Assembly (NCBI GenBank): GCA_965249285.1 | Contig: OZ252226.1 | Coordinates: 1,788,302 to 1,852,301 of the forward strand | Origin: Candidatus Foliamicus sp. | Lineage (GTDB): Bacteria; Pseudomonadota; Gammaproteobacteria; Steroidobacterales; Foliamicaceae | Direction: 5' to 3' | Length of the DNA stretch: 64,000 nt | Shown here: in pieces, positions 42,905 through 51,899 of the stretch | Layout: the number at the start of each line of letters is the position of its first letter | Position numbering within the stretch: position 1 is the first letter of the stretch | Program-made: the position numbers and the translations under genes | The notes under the pieces: model-generated | The model's input: only the letters and a program-made list of their open reading frames with translations | Database searches by the model: none | What the model was told of the DNA's origin: nothing

Positions 42905-43008
42905 CCTGGGAACGAGGGCTTCCTGCCCTCGACGAGGGCAGGAAGCCCTCGTTCCCAACGTGCCCCCTGCGCGTCAGCGCAGCGGCGCCTGCTGTGAAAA
43001 ATCCCAGC
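42905..43008. repeat. Composite REP-like element, family A, copy 6 (accessory module inverted)
   Basis: CTGGGAACGAGGGCTTCCTGCCCTCGACGAGGGCAGGAAGCCCTCGTTCCCA followed by the reverse complement of the accessory module. Confidence 0.9.
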
Positions 43009-43046
43009 GTATTTCGCTCGGGTCGTGAAGCTGCAGGGCTGAGTGG

Positions 43047-43913
43047 ATGGCGGCAGTAGCGTTCATAGGGCTAGGCGTGATGGGCTATCCGATGGCCGGG
43101 CACCTGGCAGGCGCCGGGCATGCCGTAACCGTTTATAACCGCACCCTGAGCAAGGCGCGCCGCTGGGTGGACGAGTTTGGCGGAGCGCTGGCCACCAGCC
43201 CTGCGGAGGCTTGTCGGGATGCGGACTTCGTGTTTACCTGCGTGGGACGCGACGAGGATGTGCGGGCCGTGACGCTGACATCGAACGGAGCGTTCGCCGG
43301 CATACGCCCGGGAGCGACCTTCATCGATCACACGACCACTTCGGCCGAGCTGGCGCGCGAGCTTGACAGCACCGCCCGCGAACGGAGATTCGGTTTTCTG
43401 GATGCGCCGGTATCCGGTGGCCAGGCCGGGGCCGAGAACGGCAAGCTGGCCATCATGGTGGGTGGCCGCCAAGCAGACTACGACCGCGTGTATTCCCTGC
43501 TGGACTGCTACGCCGCGCGCATAGACCGTATGGGACCGGCGGGAGCCGGGCAACTCACCAAGATGGTCAACCAGATCTGTATTGCGGGCCTGGTGCAGGG
43601 GTTGTCGGAGGGATTGAACTTCGCACAGCGCGCCGGCCTGGACGGCGAGCAGGTGGCCCGCTTGATCGGCGGAGGAGCAGCCCAGTCCTGGCAACTGGAC
43701 AACCGACATGCAACGATGCTCTCAGACGATTTCGAGTTCGGTTTTGCGGTCGACTGGATGCGCAAGGACCTGGGCTATGCGATGGAAGAAGCCAGGCGCA
43801 ACGGCGCCGAGCTACCGGTCACCGAGATCGTGGACCGCTGGTATGCGGAAATCCAGGCGATGGGCGGCGGCCGCTGGGACACCTCCAGCCTAATCCGCCG
43901 CCTCCGCGCATAA
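43047..43913 (+). CDS. NAD(P)-dependent oxidoreductase, 3-hydroxyisobutyrate dehydrogenase family
   Basis: GLGVMG, DAPVSGG, KMVNQ, WMRKDL. Confidence 0.92.
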   Translation: MAAVAFIGLGVMGYPMAGHLAGAGHAVTVYNRTLSKARRWVDEFGGALATSPAEACRDADFVFTCVGRDEDVRAVTLTSNGAFAGIRPGATFIDHTTTSAELARELDSTARERRFGFLDAPVSGGQAGAENGKLAIMVGGRQADYDRVYSLLDCYAARIDRMGPAGAGQLTKMVNQICIAGLVQGLSEGLNFAQRAGLDGEQVARLIGGGAAQSWQLDNRHATMLSDDFEFGFAVDWMRKDLGYAMEEARRNGAELPVTEIVDRWYAEIQAMGGGRWDTSSLIRRLRA

Positions 43914-43920
43914 CCTGCAC

Positions 43921-44047
43921 CCTGGGAGGGAGGGCAGGATGCCCTCGTCCTGGGAGGGAGGGCATCCTGCCCTCCGTACGCGGAACACACTCCTGGGAAC
44001 GAGCGCGTCGCACCCCTGACGAGGGCATCCTGCCCTCGTTCCCAGGG
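43921..44047. repeat. REP-like cluster, family A, copy 7
   Basis: Three GAGGGC-N5-GCCCTC hairpins with CCTGGGA/TCCCAGGG flanks. Confidence 0.85.
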
Positions 44048-44058
44048 TCGGTGAAGAG

Positions 44059-44424
44059 GGGCAAGCCGGCCGGTAAGCCGGGTTCTGTCGAGGGCAATCA
44101 TTCATCTAGGACCGCCGTCGCCGGCGGCCTCAAGCAGCTTACCCGGAAGCGCGCGCGGACATACGCATTGCTCCCCTATTTAGCCTTGCTCCGAACGGGG
44201 TTTACCCTGCCACGGCTGTTGCCAGCCGCGCGGTGCGCTCTTACCGCACCATTTCACCCTTACCCGGGCCCGCTAGGGGCGCCGGGCGGTATATTTTCTG
44301 TGGCACTTTCCGTAGGCTTGCGCCTCCCAGGCGTTACCTGGCGTCCCGTCCGCCGGAGCCCGGACTTTCCTCCCGCCGCACCGGAAACCCGGTAACGGCC
44401 GGCGATTGCCTGGCCGGCTTGCCC
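44059..44424 (-). ncRNA. rnpB: RNase P RNA (type A)
   Basis: Minus strand has GAGGAAAGTCCGGGCTCC, AGTGCCACAGAAAA, GGGTAAACCCC and ACAGAACCCGGCTTA; the ends form a 13-bp P1 helix. Confidence 0.97.
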
Positions 44425-44430
44425 ACCTCC

Positions 44431-44459
44431 AAACTAGTCCAGAGCGCGCCTTTTTGCAA
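44431..44459 (-). promoter_or_regulatory. Putative sigma70 promoter of rnpB
   Basis: TTGCAA-N17-TAGTTT ending 6 nt before the P1 helix. Confidence 0.6.
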
Positions 44460-44462
44460 GCT

Positions 44463-44516
44463 CCTGGGAAGGAGGGCATCCTGCCCTCCGAGGGCTGGAA
44501 GCCCTCGTTCCCGGGG
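44463..44516. repeat. REP-like element, family A, copy 8
   Basis: CCTGGGAAGGAGGGCATCCTGCCCTCCGAGGGCTGGAAGCCCTCGTTCCCGGGG. Confidence 0.88.
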
Positions 44517-44536
44517 TCTTCGGTGGGTGCGATAAC

Positions 44537-45895
44537 ATGGCGCACGGGCAGCCAAGGGGAGAATCCGTGAACGAACAAGGCATCGGTGGGCGCATCGGGC
44601 GCATAAGTCTGGCCGCCGGGGTGCGCGTATCGCACTTCTGGACCTACATGTACGCATCCCTGATCTGTATCGGGATGCTGTCGAACATGAACTTCTCCCA
44701 GCCCTATATCCTCATTTATCATCTGGGAATTGCCGACGCGGACATCGGCGAGGTTACCGGCGGGCTCACCCTGGTCACCGAGATCGTGAGCCTGTTCCTG
44801 ATCTGGCCTTTCGGCATGCTGGCCGACCGCATCGGACGCCGCCCGGTGATTATTCTTGGCATTGGCCTTCTGGGCTTGTCTTATGGCCTGTACCCCTGGG
44901 CCACCGAAGTGTCTCACTTGATGTATTTCAGGATCATCTTCGGCGTCGGGGTGGCCGCAACGGCAGCAATGACGGCCACGATCCAGAACGATTACCCGGT
45001 TGAGTCTTCGCGTGGACGCGTAGTGGGCTTCAGCTCGGCGTTTAACGCCCTGGGTATCGTGTTCGCCACGCGGCTGGTATCCGCCCTGCCTAAATGGCTG
45101 CAGGACGCGGGCATGGAGCCGATCGCCGCGGGTCGTTACGCCTATGGCGCGGCGGCGCTGGCGTGCTTCGTGTCGATGTTGATATTCCGCTTCGGACTGA
45201 AAGGAGGCGTGCCGGAAGAAGCGCGCCAGCGCCCGCGTTGGGTGGAGCTGTTAAAGATAAGCATCTCGCAGATGAGAAATCCACGCACCGTGCTGGCCTA
45301 TCTGTCGGCGATGACGGCGCGCGGAGACATCGTTGTGGCCGGCTTGTTCATGTCCCTGTGGGCCAGCACCGCGGTGCGAGCCGCGGGCGGCGACGTGGCC
45401 GTGGCGCAATACCAGGTGTGGCTGCCCTTTGCCATAATGCACGTGTTCGCGGTCGGGTGGTCGTTCGTATTCGGCGCCATCCTGGACCGCATCAACCGCG
45501 TTGCGGGGCTGGTAATTGCCCTGGGGCTTGGTGTGGTGGCTTACGGTTCGATGTACTTTGTAGGCTCACCGCTGGATCTGCGCATGTTGCCGGCCTTTGC
45601 ACTCCTGGGCATGGCCATGGCAGGCGCCATGATGAGCAGCATGGCGCTGGTGGGCCAGGAAGCGCCGGCGCGCGAGCGGGGCGCGGTGATCGGCATGCTG
45701 AGCATGTTCGGCTCGGTGGGCATCATGGTTGCGGCCGTGGTGGGCGGGGCGCTGTTCAGCCCAGCCACGCCATGGGCGCCGTTCGTGCTGGTGGCCGGGG
45801 CGCAGGCGGCGCTACTGGTGTTGGCCATAGTCATCTGGATCGTGGCGCCGGGCGACTGGAAGGCGGCGTCCGGGGCGCGCGCCAGCAGTTCCTGA
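44537..45895 (+). CDS. MFS transporter
   Basis: About 12 hydrophobic segments; motif A GMLADRIGRR and GAILDRINR. Confidence 0.9.
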   Translation: MAHGQPRGESVNEQGIGGRIGRISLAAGVRVSHFWTYMYASLICIGMLSNMNFSQPYILIYHLGIADADIGEVTGGLTLVTEIVSLFLIWPFGMLADRIGRRPVIILGIGLLGLSYGLYPWATEVSHLMYFRIIFGVGVAATAAMTATIQNDYPVESSRGRVVGFSSAFNALGIVFATRLVSALPKWLQDAGMEPIAAGRYAYGAAALACFVSMLIFRFGLKGGVPEEARQRPRWVELLKISISQMRNPRTVLAYLSAMTARGDIVVAGLFMSLWASTAVRAAGGDVAVAQYQVWLPFAIMHVFAVGWSFVFGAILDRINRVAGLVIALGLGVVAYGSMYFVGSPLDLRMLPAFALLGMAMAGAMMSSMALVGQEAPARERGAVIGMLSMFGSVGIMVAAVVGGALFSPATPWAPFVLVAGAQAALLVLAIVIWIVAPGDWKAASGARASSS

Positions 45896-47574
45896 TCCAC
45901 GGGCGGATTGAAGAACGTCTGCGAACGGCTGTCCGCCCAGCAGACGTCCACTCGATCGACGCTCGCTCGCTCGCCCAAACCGAAAATCGGCGCGGGCTCA
46001 TCGACCGAGTTGTAGCCGGTGGAGGAGAAGATTTCGCGCCACTGGATCAGGTCGCCGGACACCACGCGAATGCGAGCATTCAACCTCTGCCCTTCAAGGC
46101 GCACCTTGATCCAGTGATTGCCGTTGCCCTGGTTCAGCCATAGAAAGTTACGCTGCGGGTCAGAGAGCATCTCGCCGCGGTTGTAGAAGGTTCGGGCGGT
46201 GCCGACGATGTCGGCGAAACCGTCGCCGTTGACGTCACCGCTGGCAACGCCGGCGCCGATGCTGAAGCCCACCGCTCCCGATCCCTCGGTCACGTCGCTG
46301 AAGGTGCCGTCGCCGTTATTGCGAAGCAGTGTATTGGTGGCCGGCTCAAAGGCGATGTAGAACTGCACAGACGGCGGCAATTCTTCCACGATGTCGTTGA
46401 TCAGCACGTTAGAGGGGCCGCCGTTACTGACATAGATGTCAAGCCAGCCGTCATTGTCGTAGTCCGCCATCGTGCAGCCACGGGCGCCGCCCAAGTCCCC
46501 GGCGCCCGAAGCAAGCGAAATGTCGGTAAAGCCGGGCGCGCCGGTTTCCGCGTAGTCGTTGCGAACCAGTCGATTGGCCTGGTCCGCGTTGGGCAGATAG
46601 GCGTCGATATCTCCATCGTTGTCCACATCTCCCAGGCAGACGCCGTTGGCGTTGCCCGGGTTGAGAAAAGCCCAACCCGAAGGCGGCGTTCTGGACCGTG
46701 TGATATCGGCGAATTTGCCGCCGCCCTGGTTCATGTACAGCACGCTGGGCCCGCCTTCGTTCGGAGCAAGCAGATCCAGGTCACCGTCAAAATCGAAATC
46801 GAACCAGCCCGGCGACCCCTGGCTGTTGGCCTCTTTCACGCTCTTGAGTAGAACCACGCCCGCGTCTTGTGTCGTGTCCTCGAATTTGCCGTTACCCAGG
46901 TTGCGGAACAGCGCCTGGTCCACGTCGTAATCGGCTGAACGCCACACCAGGTCCAGCCACCCGTCGCCGTCGTAGTCGCCGAAGCCTACGCCCCCGGACG
47001 TGGCGGTAATGCCTTTATTGGACTGGTCGTCGTCCACCCCCCTGCGCATCAATCCCGCTTCGCCGGTAACTTCTTCGAATTGCGCGTCGCCGCTGTCGGC
47101 CAAAAGGTTTCGGTACAGCGTTACAGGCGGATCGTAGCCGGCCCGGCTGCCCGACTGCATGTTGGCCACGACCAGATCGTCGTCACCATCAAGGTCGTAG
47201 TCGCCGAATGTGATGCCCCTGCCCAGTCCACCCTCGTTGGTTGCACCGCGAGCCTGCGCCACGTCAGTGAAGTAGCCGCGGCCGTCGTTCTCCCACAAGC
47301 GGTTGCGGAAATCCAGACCGGCCGTTCCACTATCGTTGTTGGTGACGTAGATATCCGCGTCACCGTCGCCGTCGTAGTCGTTGAAGGCCACTCCTGCGCC
47401 GTCAAGGCCCGTGTCGGCGATGCCGCGCTCTTCCGCTTGCTCCACAAAGCGAATCGGCGCGGGCGCTTGGGCCTCGGGCGTGTCAGTCACACAGGCCGCG
47501 GCCAGCAATCCGGCAACCAGCGCGGGTCCAAGTCGTGCACAAAAAAGACCCTGGGAACGAGGGTGCGCAGCCAT
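45541..47574 (-). CDS. FG-GAP/CRTAC1-like beta-propeller lipoprotein with ASPIC/UnbV domain
   Basis: Lipobox LLAAAC, seven D-x-[DN]-x-D-G-x-x-D repeats, GNHWIKVRLEG and FGLG. Confidence 0.85.
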   Translation of the reverse strand: MAAHPRSQGLFCARLGPALVAGLLAAACVTDTPEAQAPAPIRFVEQAEERGIADTGLDGAGVAFNDYDGDGDADIYVTNNDSGTAGLDFRNRLWENDGRGYFTDVAQARGATNEGGLGRGITFGDYDLDGDDDLVVANMQSGSRAGYDPPVTLYRNLLADSGDAQFEEVTGEAGLMRRGVDDDQSNKGITATSGGVGFGDYDGDGWLDLVWRSADYDVDQALFRNLGNGKFEDTTQDAGVVLLKSVKEANSQGSPGWFDFDFDGDLDLLAPNEGGPSVLYMNQGGGKFADITRSRTPPSGWAFLNPGNANGVCLGDVDNDGDIDAYLPNADQANRLVRNDYAETGAPGFTDISLASGAGDLGGARGCTMADYDNDGWLDIYVSNGGPSNVLINDIVEELPPSVQFYIAFEPATNTLLRNNGDGTFSDVTEGSGAVGFSIGAGVASGDVNGDGFADIVGTARTFYNRGEMLSDPQRNFLWLNQGNGNHWIKVRLEGQRLNARIRVVSGDLIQWREIFSSTGYNSVDEPAPIFGLGERASVDRVDVCWADSRSQTFFNPPVDQELLARAPDAAFQSPGATIQMTMANTSSAACAPATSTNGAHGVAGLNSAPPTTAATMMPTEPNMLSMPITAPRSRAGASWPTSAMLLIMAPAMAMPRSAKAGNMRRSSGEPTKYIEP

Positions 47575-49727
47575 TACGCCGCCTCCGCAGCAGCGCCGAC
47601 AGCCGACGGCGGCAGCTTGAACGGCAGTTTGCGCAGGCGCTTGCCCAGCGCTGCGAAAACCGCGTTGCCTACGGCAGGCGCAACCGGTGGTACGCCAACC
47701 TCGCCGATTCCTCCGATCGGGGCGCCGCTATTGAGTAGGTGCACCCGGATTTCCGGTGTGTCGTTCATGGTCACCATCCTGTAGGTGTCGAAATTCCGCT
47801 CCACCACGCCGTTCTCGTCGAGATGAATGTCCCCGTGCAAGGCCGCGGTCAGACCGTAGATGATGCCGCCGCTGATCTGCGCTTCAAGTGTTGCCGGATC
47901 AACCGCCAGACCGCAATCCACGGCGCAGTCAATACGCTCCACACGAAGCTGCCCGCCATTTGTTGAAACCCGCGCCACCTGCGCCACGTAGGTCCCGAAA
48001 CTAGCCGAACAGGCAATGCCCCGGCCCGTGCCCGGCGCAAGCGGAGTCCCCCAGCCGGACTCCTTGGCCGCCAGCGCCAGCACCGGCGACATTCGTGACT
48101 CCGCCGGCAGCAGGGATTGCCGGAAAGCGTACCGATCGCGCCCCGCGGCATGAGCCAGCTCGTCAACGAAAGTTTCGACAAAAAAGCAATTGTAGGAATG
48201 GGCGACGGAGCGCCAGAAGCCCAGGTTGACCGGCGCATGGGGACTGGAATGGGTCACTTCGACGTTCGGCGCCTGGTACGGAAAGTCCACGGCTCCCTGC
48301 AAGGCAGTGGGGTCCGCCTTGAGTCCAATGCCACGCATCTGCCTTAGCAAGGACGGGGCGGCGATGTGCTGTCGCCAGGCAATCAGCGCGCCGGACTGGT
48401 CCAGCGCCGCATCCATACGACTCAAGGCGGCCGGGCGGAAATAGCCATGCTGCATATCGTCCTCGCGGGTCCACATCACCTTGACCGGACGGCCCGCATA
48501 TTGCGAGGCCAGCACCGCCTCGGCAACGTAATCGGTTTCCAGGCGGCGGCCGAAACCGCCCCCCAGCGGGAGGGTGTGTATGCGCACGGCTTCGATGGGC
48601 AAGCCGGTGAGCTTCGCGGCAACCCTTTGAGCCTGCGTCTGCACCTGGGTGGGCGCCCAGATCTCGCAGCGATTGACATCCACGTCCGCGGTGCAGTTCA
48701 TCGGCTCCATCGTGGCATGGTGCAGAAACGGAACTTCGTACTGCGCGGTGACGCGGCGCACTGAAGGACCTTGCAACGCCTGGTTGACGTCGCCCTCGCT
48801 GCGCGCCGGGGGAACGGGGTCATAAAGGGCCATGGCCAGCTCGCGCCGGAAACCGGCTGCGGGGTTCTGCGCGCCTGATGGGTCTCCCTCGCCGGCCGGA
48901 ATCCAGGCAACCTCAAGCGCGGCCCGGGCCTGCTGCGCCTGCCAGAAATCACCTGCCAGCACTACGACGCCCGGCGGCCGATGCTGGTCGCCCGGTATTT
49001 CGAACACATCCGCAACGCCCGGGAGCCCAAGGGCAGCTTCGCTTTCGTAGACCGGGCGAAGTGGAACCGAACCGGGCCACGGAGACCGAGCGATAAGAGC
49101 TGTCAACTGCCGGGGCAGCCGCACGTCGATGGCATAACCCTGGGCGCCGAGGGCCTTGGACGGAATATCCGGGCGCGGAAATGACTTGCCCACCAGGCGG
49201 AATTGCGACGGATCCTTAAGAGGAGGAGCGGCCGGCGGCTCCAGTTGCGCCGCGGCGTAAACCAGCGAGCCGTAGCTCAAGCGGACCCCGGTAGCACGAT
49301 TGACGACTTCGCCTTCCTGACAAACGCATTCGGAGAGGCTCATGCCCCACTCCACCGCGGCTGCCGTTCGGAGCATTTCCCTTGCCGAGGCGGCAGCTTC
49401 CCGCAACAGGTCGTAGGAGCCGCGTATCGATGAACTGCCGCTGGTGGCCATGCCCCGCGGCCAGCCCGCGGGGTTATCGGGCATGCGCGCAAGCACCATG
49501 CTTTCCCAGGGCGCTTCCAGTTCTTCGGCGACGATCCGCGCCAGCGCCGCCGGACTGCCCTGCCCCATGTCCGTTCGGTCACACACAAACGACACTTCGC
49601 CGGAGGGGGAAATTGTTATCCAGGCGCTGGGACGAAACTTCTCCGCATCACTGGATCGGCCAGCCGGCAGATACACGGCCAGCGTTAATGATCCGCCCGC
49701 GGCGACGAAAGCCCGGCGGGTCAGCAT
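47574..49727 (-). CDS. Xanthine dehydrogenase-family molybdopterin subunit (IorB-like)
   Basis: LTRRAF N-terminus, DMGQG, HATMEPMN, GGGFGRR, WRSVAHS, GIGEVGVPP. Confidence 0.9.
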   Translation of the reverse strand: MLTRRAFVAAGGSLTLAVYLPAGRSSDAEKFRPSAWITISPSGEVSFVCDRTDMGQGSPAALARIVAEELEAPWESMVLARMPDNPAGWPRGMATSGSSSIRGSYDLLREAAASAREMLRTAAAVEWGMSLSECVCQEGEVVNRATGVRLSYGSLVYAAAQLEPPAAPPLKDPSQFRLVGKSFPRPDIPSKALGAQGYAIDVRLPRQLTALIARSPWPGSVPLRPVYESEAALGLPGVADVFEIPGDQHRPPGVVVLAGDFWQAQQARAALEVAWIPAGEGDPSGAQNPAAGFRRELAMALYDPVPPARSEGDVNQALQGPSVRRVTAQYEVPFLHHATMEPMNCTADVDVNRCEIWAPTQVQTQAQRVAAKLTGLPIEAVRIHTLPLGGGFGRRLETDYVAEAVLASQYAGRPVKVMWTREDDMQHGYFRPAALSRMDAALDQSGALIAWRQHIAAPSLLRQMRGIGLKADPTALQGAVDFPYQAPNVEVTHSSPHAPVNLGFWRSVAHSYNCFFVETFVDELAHAAGRDRYAFRQSLLPAESRMSPVLALAAKESGWGTPLAPGTGRGIACSASFGTYVAQVARVSTNGGQLRVERIDCAVDCGLAVDPATLEAQISGGIIYGLTAALHGDIHLDENGVVERNFDTYRMVTMNDTPEIRVHLLNSGAPIGGIGEVGVPPVAPAVGNAVFAALGKRLRKLPFKLPPSAVGAAAEAA

Positions 49728-49773
49728 CGTTCTAGTGGGGTTCCATGACCGGGCGGGGCTGGGCGGTCGAATT

Positions 49774-49864
49774 TGGCGGAGAGGGTGGGATTCGAACCCA
49801 CGAAGGGCTTCTAACCCTTACTCCCTTAGCAGGGGAGCGCTTTCGTCCGCTCAGCCACCTCTCC
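49774..49864 (-). tRNA. tRNA-Ser(GCT)
   Basis: GGAGAGG acceptor, CT-GCT-AA loop, long variable arm, GTTCGAATC, encoded CCA. Confidence 0.96.
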
Positions 49865-49865
49865 G

Positions 49866-50063
49866 CTACGATTCTTCTTCGTCTTCGGCAGCATTGCCTT
49901 GTTCTTCCACAATTCGCCGATAGACCTCTTCGCGATGCACGCTCACTTCGCGCGGCGCCTCAACACCCAGCCGGACCTGATTGCCCCGAATGTCCAGCAC
50001 TGCAATGCGCACGTTATCGCCAATGATGACGGCCTCTCCCGACCGCCGGGTAAGAATCAGCAT
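49866..50063 (-). CDS. csrA: Carbon storage regulator
   Basis: [15 protein letters not shown]...[22 protein letters not shown]; followed by tRNA-Ser as usual. Confidence 0.97.
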   Translation of the reverse strand: MLILTRRSGEAVIIGDNVRIAVLDIRGNQVRLGVEAPREVSVHREEVYRRIVEEQGNAAEDEEES

Positions 50064-50183
50064 CCCTAAGCCTCCCTGGACGAGCGGCCACCCAGCATGG
50101 CCCAGGCCCGCCCTGATTATTGTGTCAAACATCATAACGCGGTTTCCTACCGCTTGCTACAAGACCTGGCGCCTGGCGATACC

Positions 50184-50672
50184 TCAAGCCTGCGCGTGGG
50201 CCTCGACCAGCCACAGGTTCTTGTCGACGGCACGCGAAATCTCCACGCACAGGTCTTCGGTATCGGCATCGCCAGCATCGCCGGCGGCGGCGATGGCGGC
50301 TCGCATGGCGGCGCCGAAAGCAGCCAGGGAAACGCTGACGGCCTCAACGTGGTCGCTGCCTGAATGAATGTCCAGCGGGTATGCCGGCAGGTCCGATCCC
50401 GCTGCCGCAACCGCCACCGTTCCCAGGGCAGTTCCGCCCAGGGTGGTAATGCGCTCGGCCAGATCGTCCACTTGCGTCAAGGTATCCGCATGAATGGTGT
50501 CGAACAGTTCGTGCAGTGCGATAAACGACGGCCCTTTTACATTCCAGTGGGCCTGCTTCATCTGGGTGGAGAGGTTCACCGCGTCAGCCAGGCGCGCGTT
50601 GAGCAGATTGATTATTTCTTCGCGCCTGGAATCCGGGAGGTCGATCTTGCTGGGGTGTAGCGCCATTCTCAT
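50184..50672 (-). CDS. dps: DNA starvation/stationary phase protection protein
   Basis: KQAHWNVKG..FIALHELFD, DDLAERI, LWLVEAH; SD AAGGAG before ATG 50672. Confidence 0.95.
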   Translation of the reverse strand: MRMALHPSKIDLPDSRREEIINLLNARLADAVNLSTQMKQAHWNVKGPSFIALHELFDTIHADTLTQVDDLAERITTLGGTALGTVAVAAAGSDLPAYPLDIHSGSDHVEAVSVSLAAFGAAMRAAIAAAGDAGDADTEDLCVEISRAVDKNLWLVEAHAQA

Positions 50673-50933
50673 TTGATGCTCCTTTTGGCTGGTGTTCAAA
50701 GAGACCTCGTTTGGCAGGAATAATTATCGCGCAGACAGGAAGTAATTTCCATCGCCGGGCATTCTCCGCACGCTTCAGCGCGCCGGGATGGCCAGGGCTT
50801 CAACCGCTTGCCTCGCGTGTTTGCAATTCCAGCGGCGTCCCGCCGGGACAATGCACTGCAAAGTTCGGCATAATCCCGCAGGAGATCGCTGCAAGATTTT
50901 GGGGCGCCTACGCTTTCAAGGGCCGAGTTTATT

Positions 50934-51794
50934 ATGGAGTCCCATTCGCTACTGCTTCTGTCCGGCTACTGCCTCTGCGTTCTTGCCGCCTCCTTTCTTG
51001 GCGGTAAGCTCTCGACTCTAGGCAAGCTCAGCCACACTCGCACACAGGTCGTAATGAGCCTGGTGGCCGGGTTTATCCTCGGCATCGCCCTTTTCCATCT
51101 GCTACCCGACGGCATGAGTCGCATTCCGGACCCGGTGCAGGCCGAACATGGTGTGCTGTGGATGGCGCTGGGAATCATCCTGATGGTTGTGCTCCTGCGC
51201 ATGTTCCAGTTTCACCAGCATGATTTCAGCGGTGAAGCCACGAATCTGTATGACCGGCAAGGGCAGGAGAGCGGGTCGCCCCAAGTCCGCAGCTTGCTTG
51301 GCATAGGAATGGGGATGGGAATTCACACGGTAACCGAAGGCATCGCCTTGGGGGCCAGCGTGCAAGTTGCCGTGCAGCAGCCCCAGAACGCGGCATTTGC
51401 GGGGCTCGGCGTATTTCTGGCCATCGTGCTGCACAAGCCGCTTGACGCCTATTCCATCGTCAGCATGATGCGTTCGGTAGGTTACGGCCAGCGATCCCGT
51501 ACGATTGCCAACCTGGGTTTTGCCCTGCTTTGTCCCGCGGTGGCGCTGGCGACTTTCGTGGTCAGCGATATGCCGGGCTTGTTCGAAGGACCGGCCGTAG
51601 GATACGCGCTGGCCTTCGCCGCGGGCACTTTCCTGTGCGTCGCGTTAAGCGACCTGCTTCCGGAAATACAGTTTCACAGCCATGACCGCGGCAAGCTGAT
51701 CCTTTGCTTTCTGGTAGGAATCGCCTTGGCGGTTGGGCTGCATTTCCTCGAAGCGGGCGTCGTGAACGGCGAACTACTGGCCCAGGGGCATTAG
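50934..51794 (+). CDS. ZIP-family divalent metal transporter
   Basis: HLLP, GIHTVTEG, VLHKPLD, SDLLPE, His-rich loops. Confidence 0.88.
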   Translation: MESHSLLLLSGYCLCVLAASFLGGKLSTLGKLSHTRTQVVMSLVAGFILGIALFHLLPDGMSRIPDPVQAEHGVLWMALGIILMVVLLRMFQFHQHDFSGEATNLYDRQGQESGSPQVRSLLGIGMGMGIHTVTEGIALGASVQVAVQQPQNAAFAGLGVFLAIVLHKPLDAYSIVSMMRSVGYGQRSRTIANLGFALLCPAVALATFVVSDMPGLFEGPAVGYALAFAAGTFLCVALSDLLPEIQFHSHDRGKLILCFLVGIALAVGLHFLEAGVVNGELLAQGH

Positions 51795-51801
51795 CCGCAG
51801 T

Positions 51802-51872
51802 CCCGAGAGCATCCTGCCCTGGGAACGAGGGCATCCTGCCCTTGTCGAGGGCTGAAAGCCCTCGTTCCCAGC
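51802..51872. repeat. REP-like element, family A, copy 9
   Basis: GCATCCTGCCCTGGGAACGAGGGCATCCTGCCCTTGTCGAGGGCTGAAAGCCCTCGTTCCCAG. Confidence 0.88.
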
Positions 51873-51899
51873 GGTCGCCGAATACTCGTTAAGCACCGA

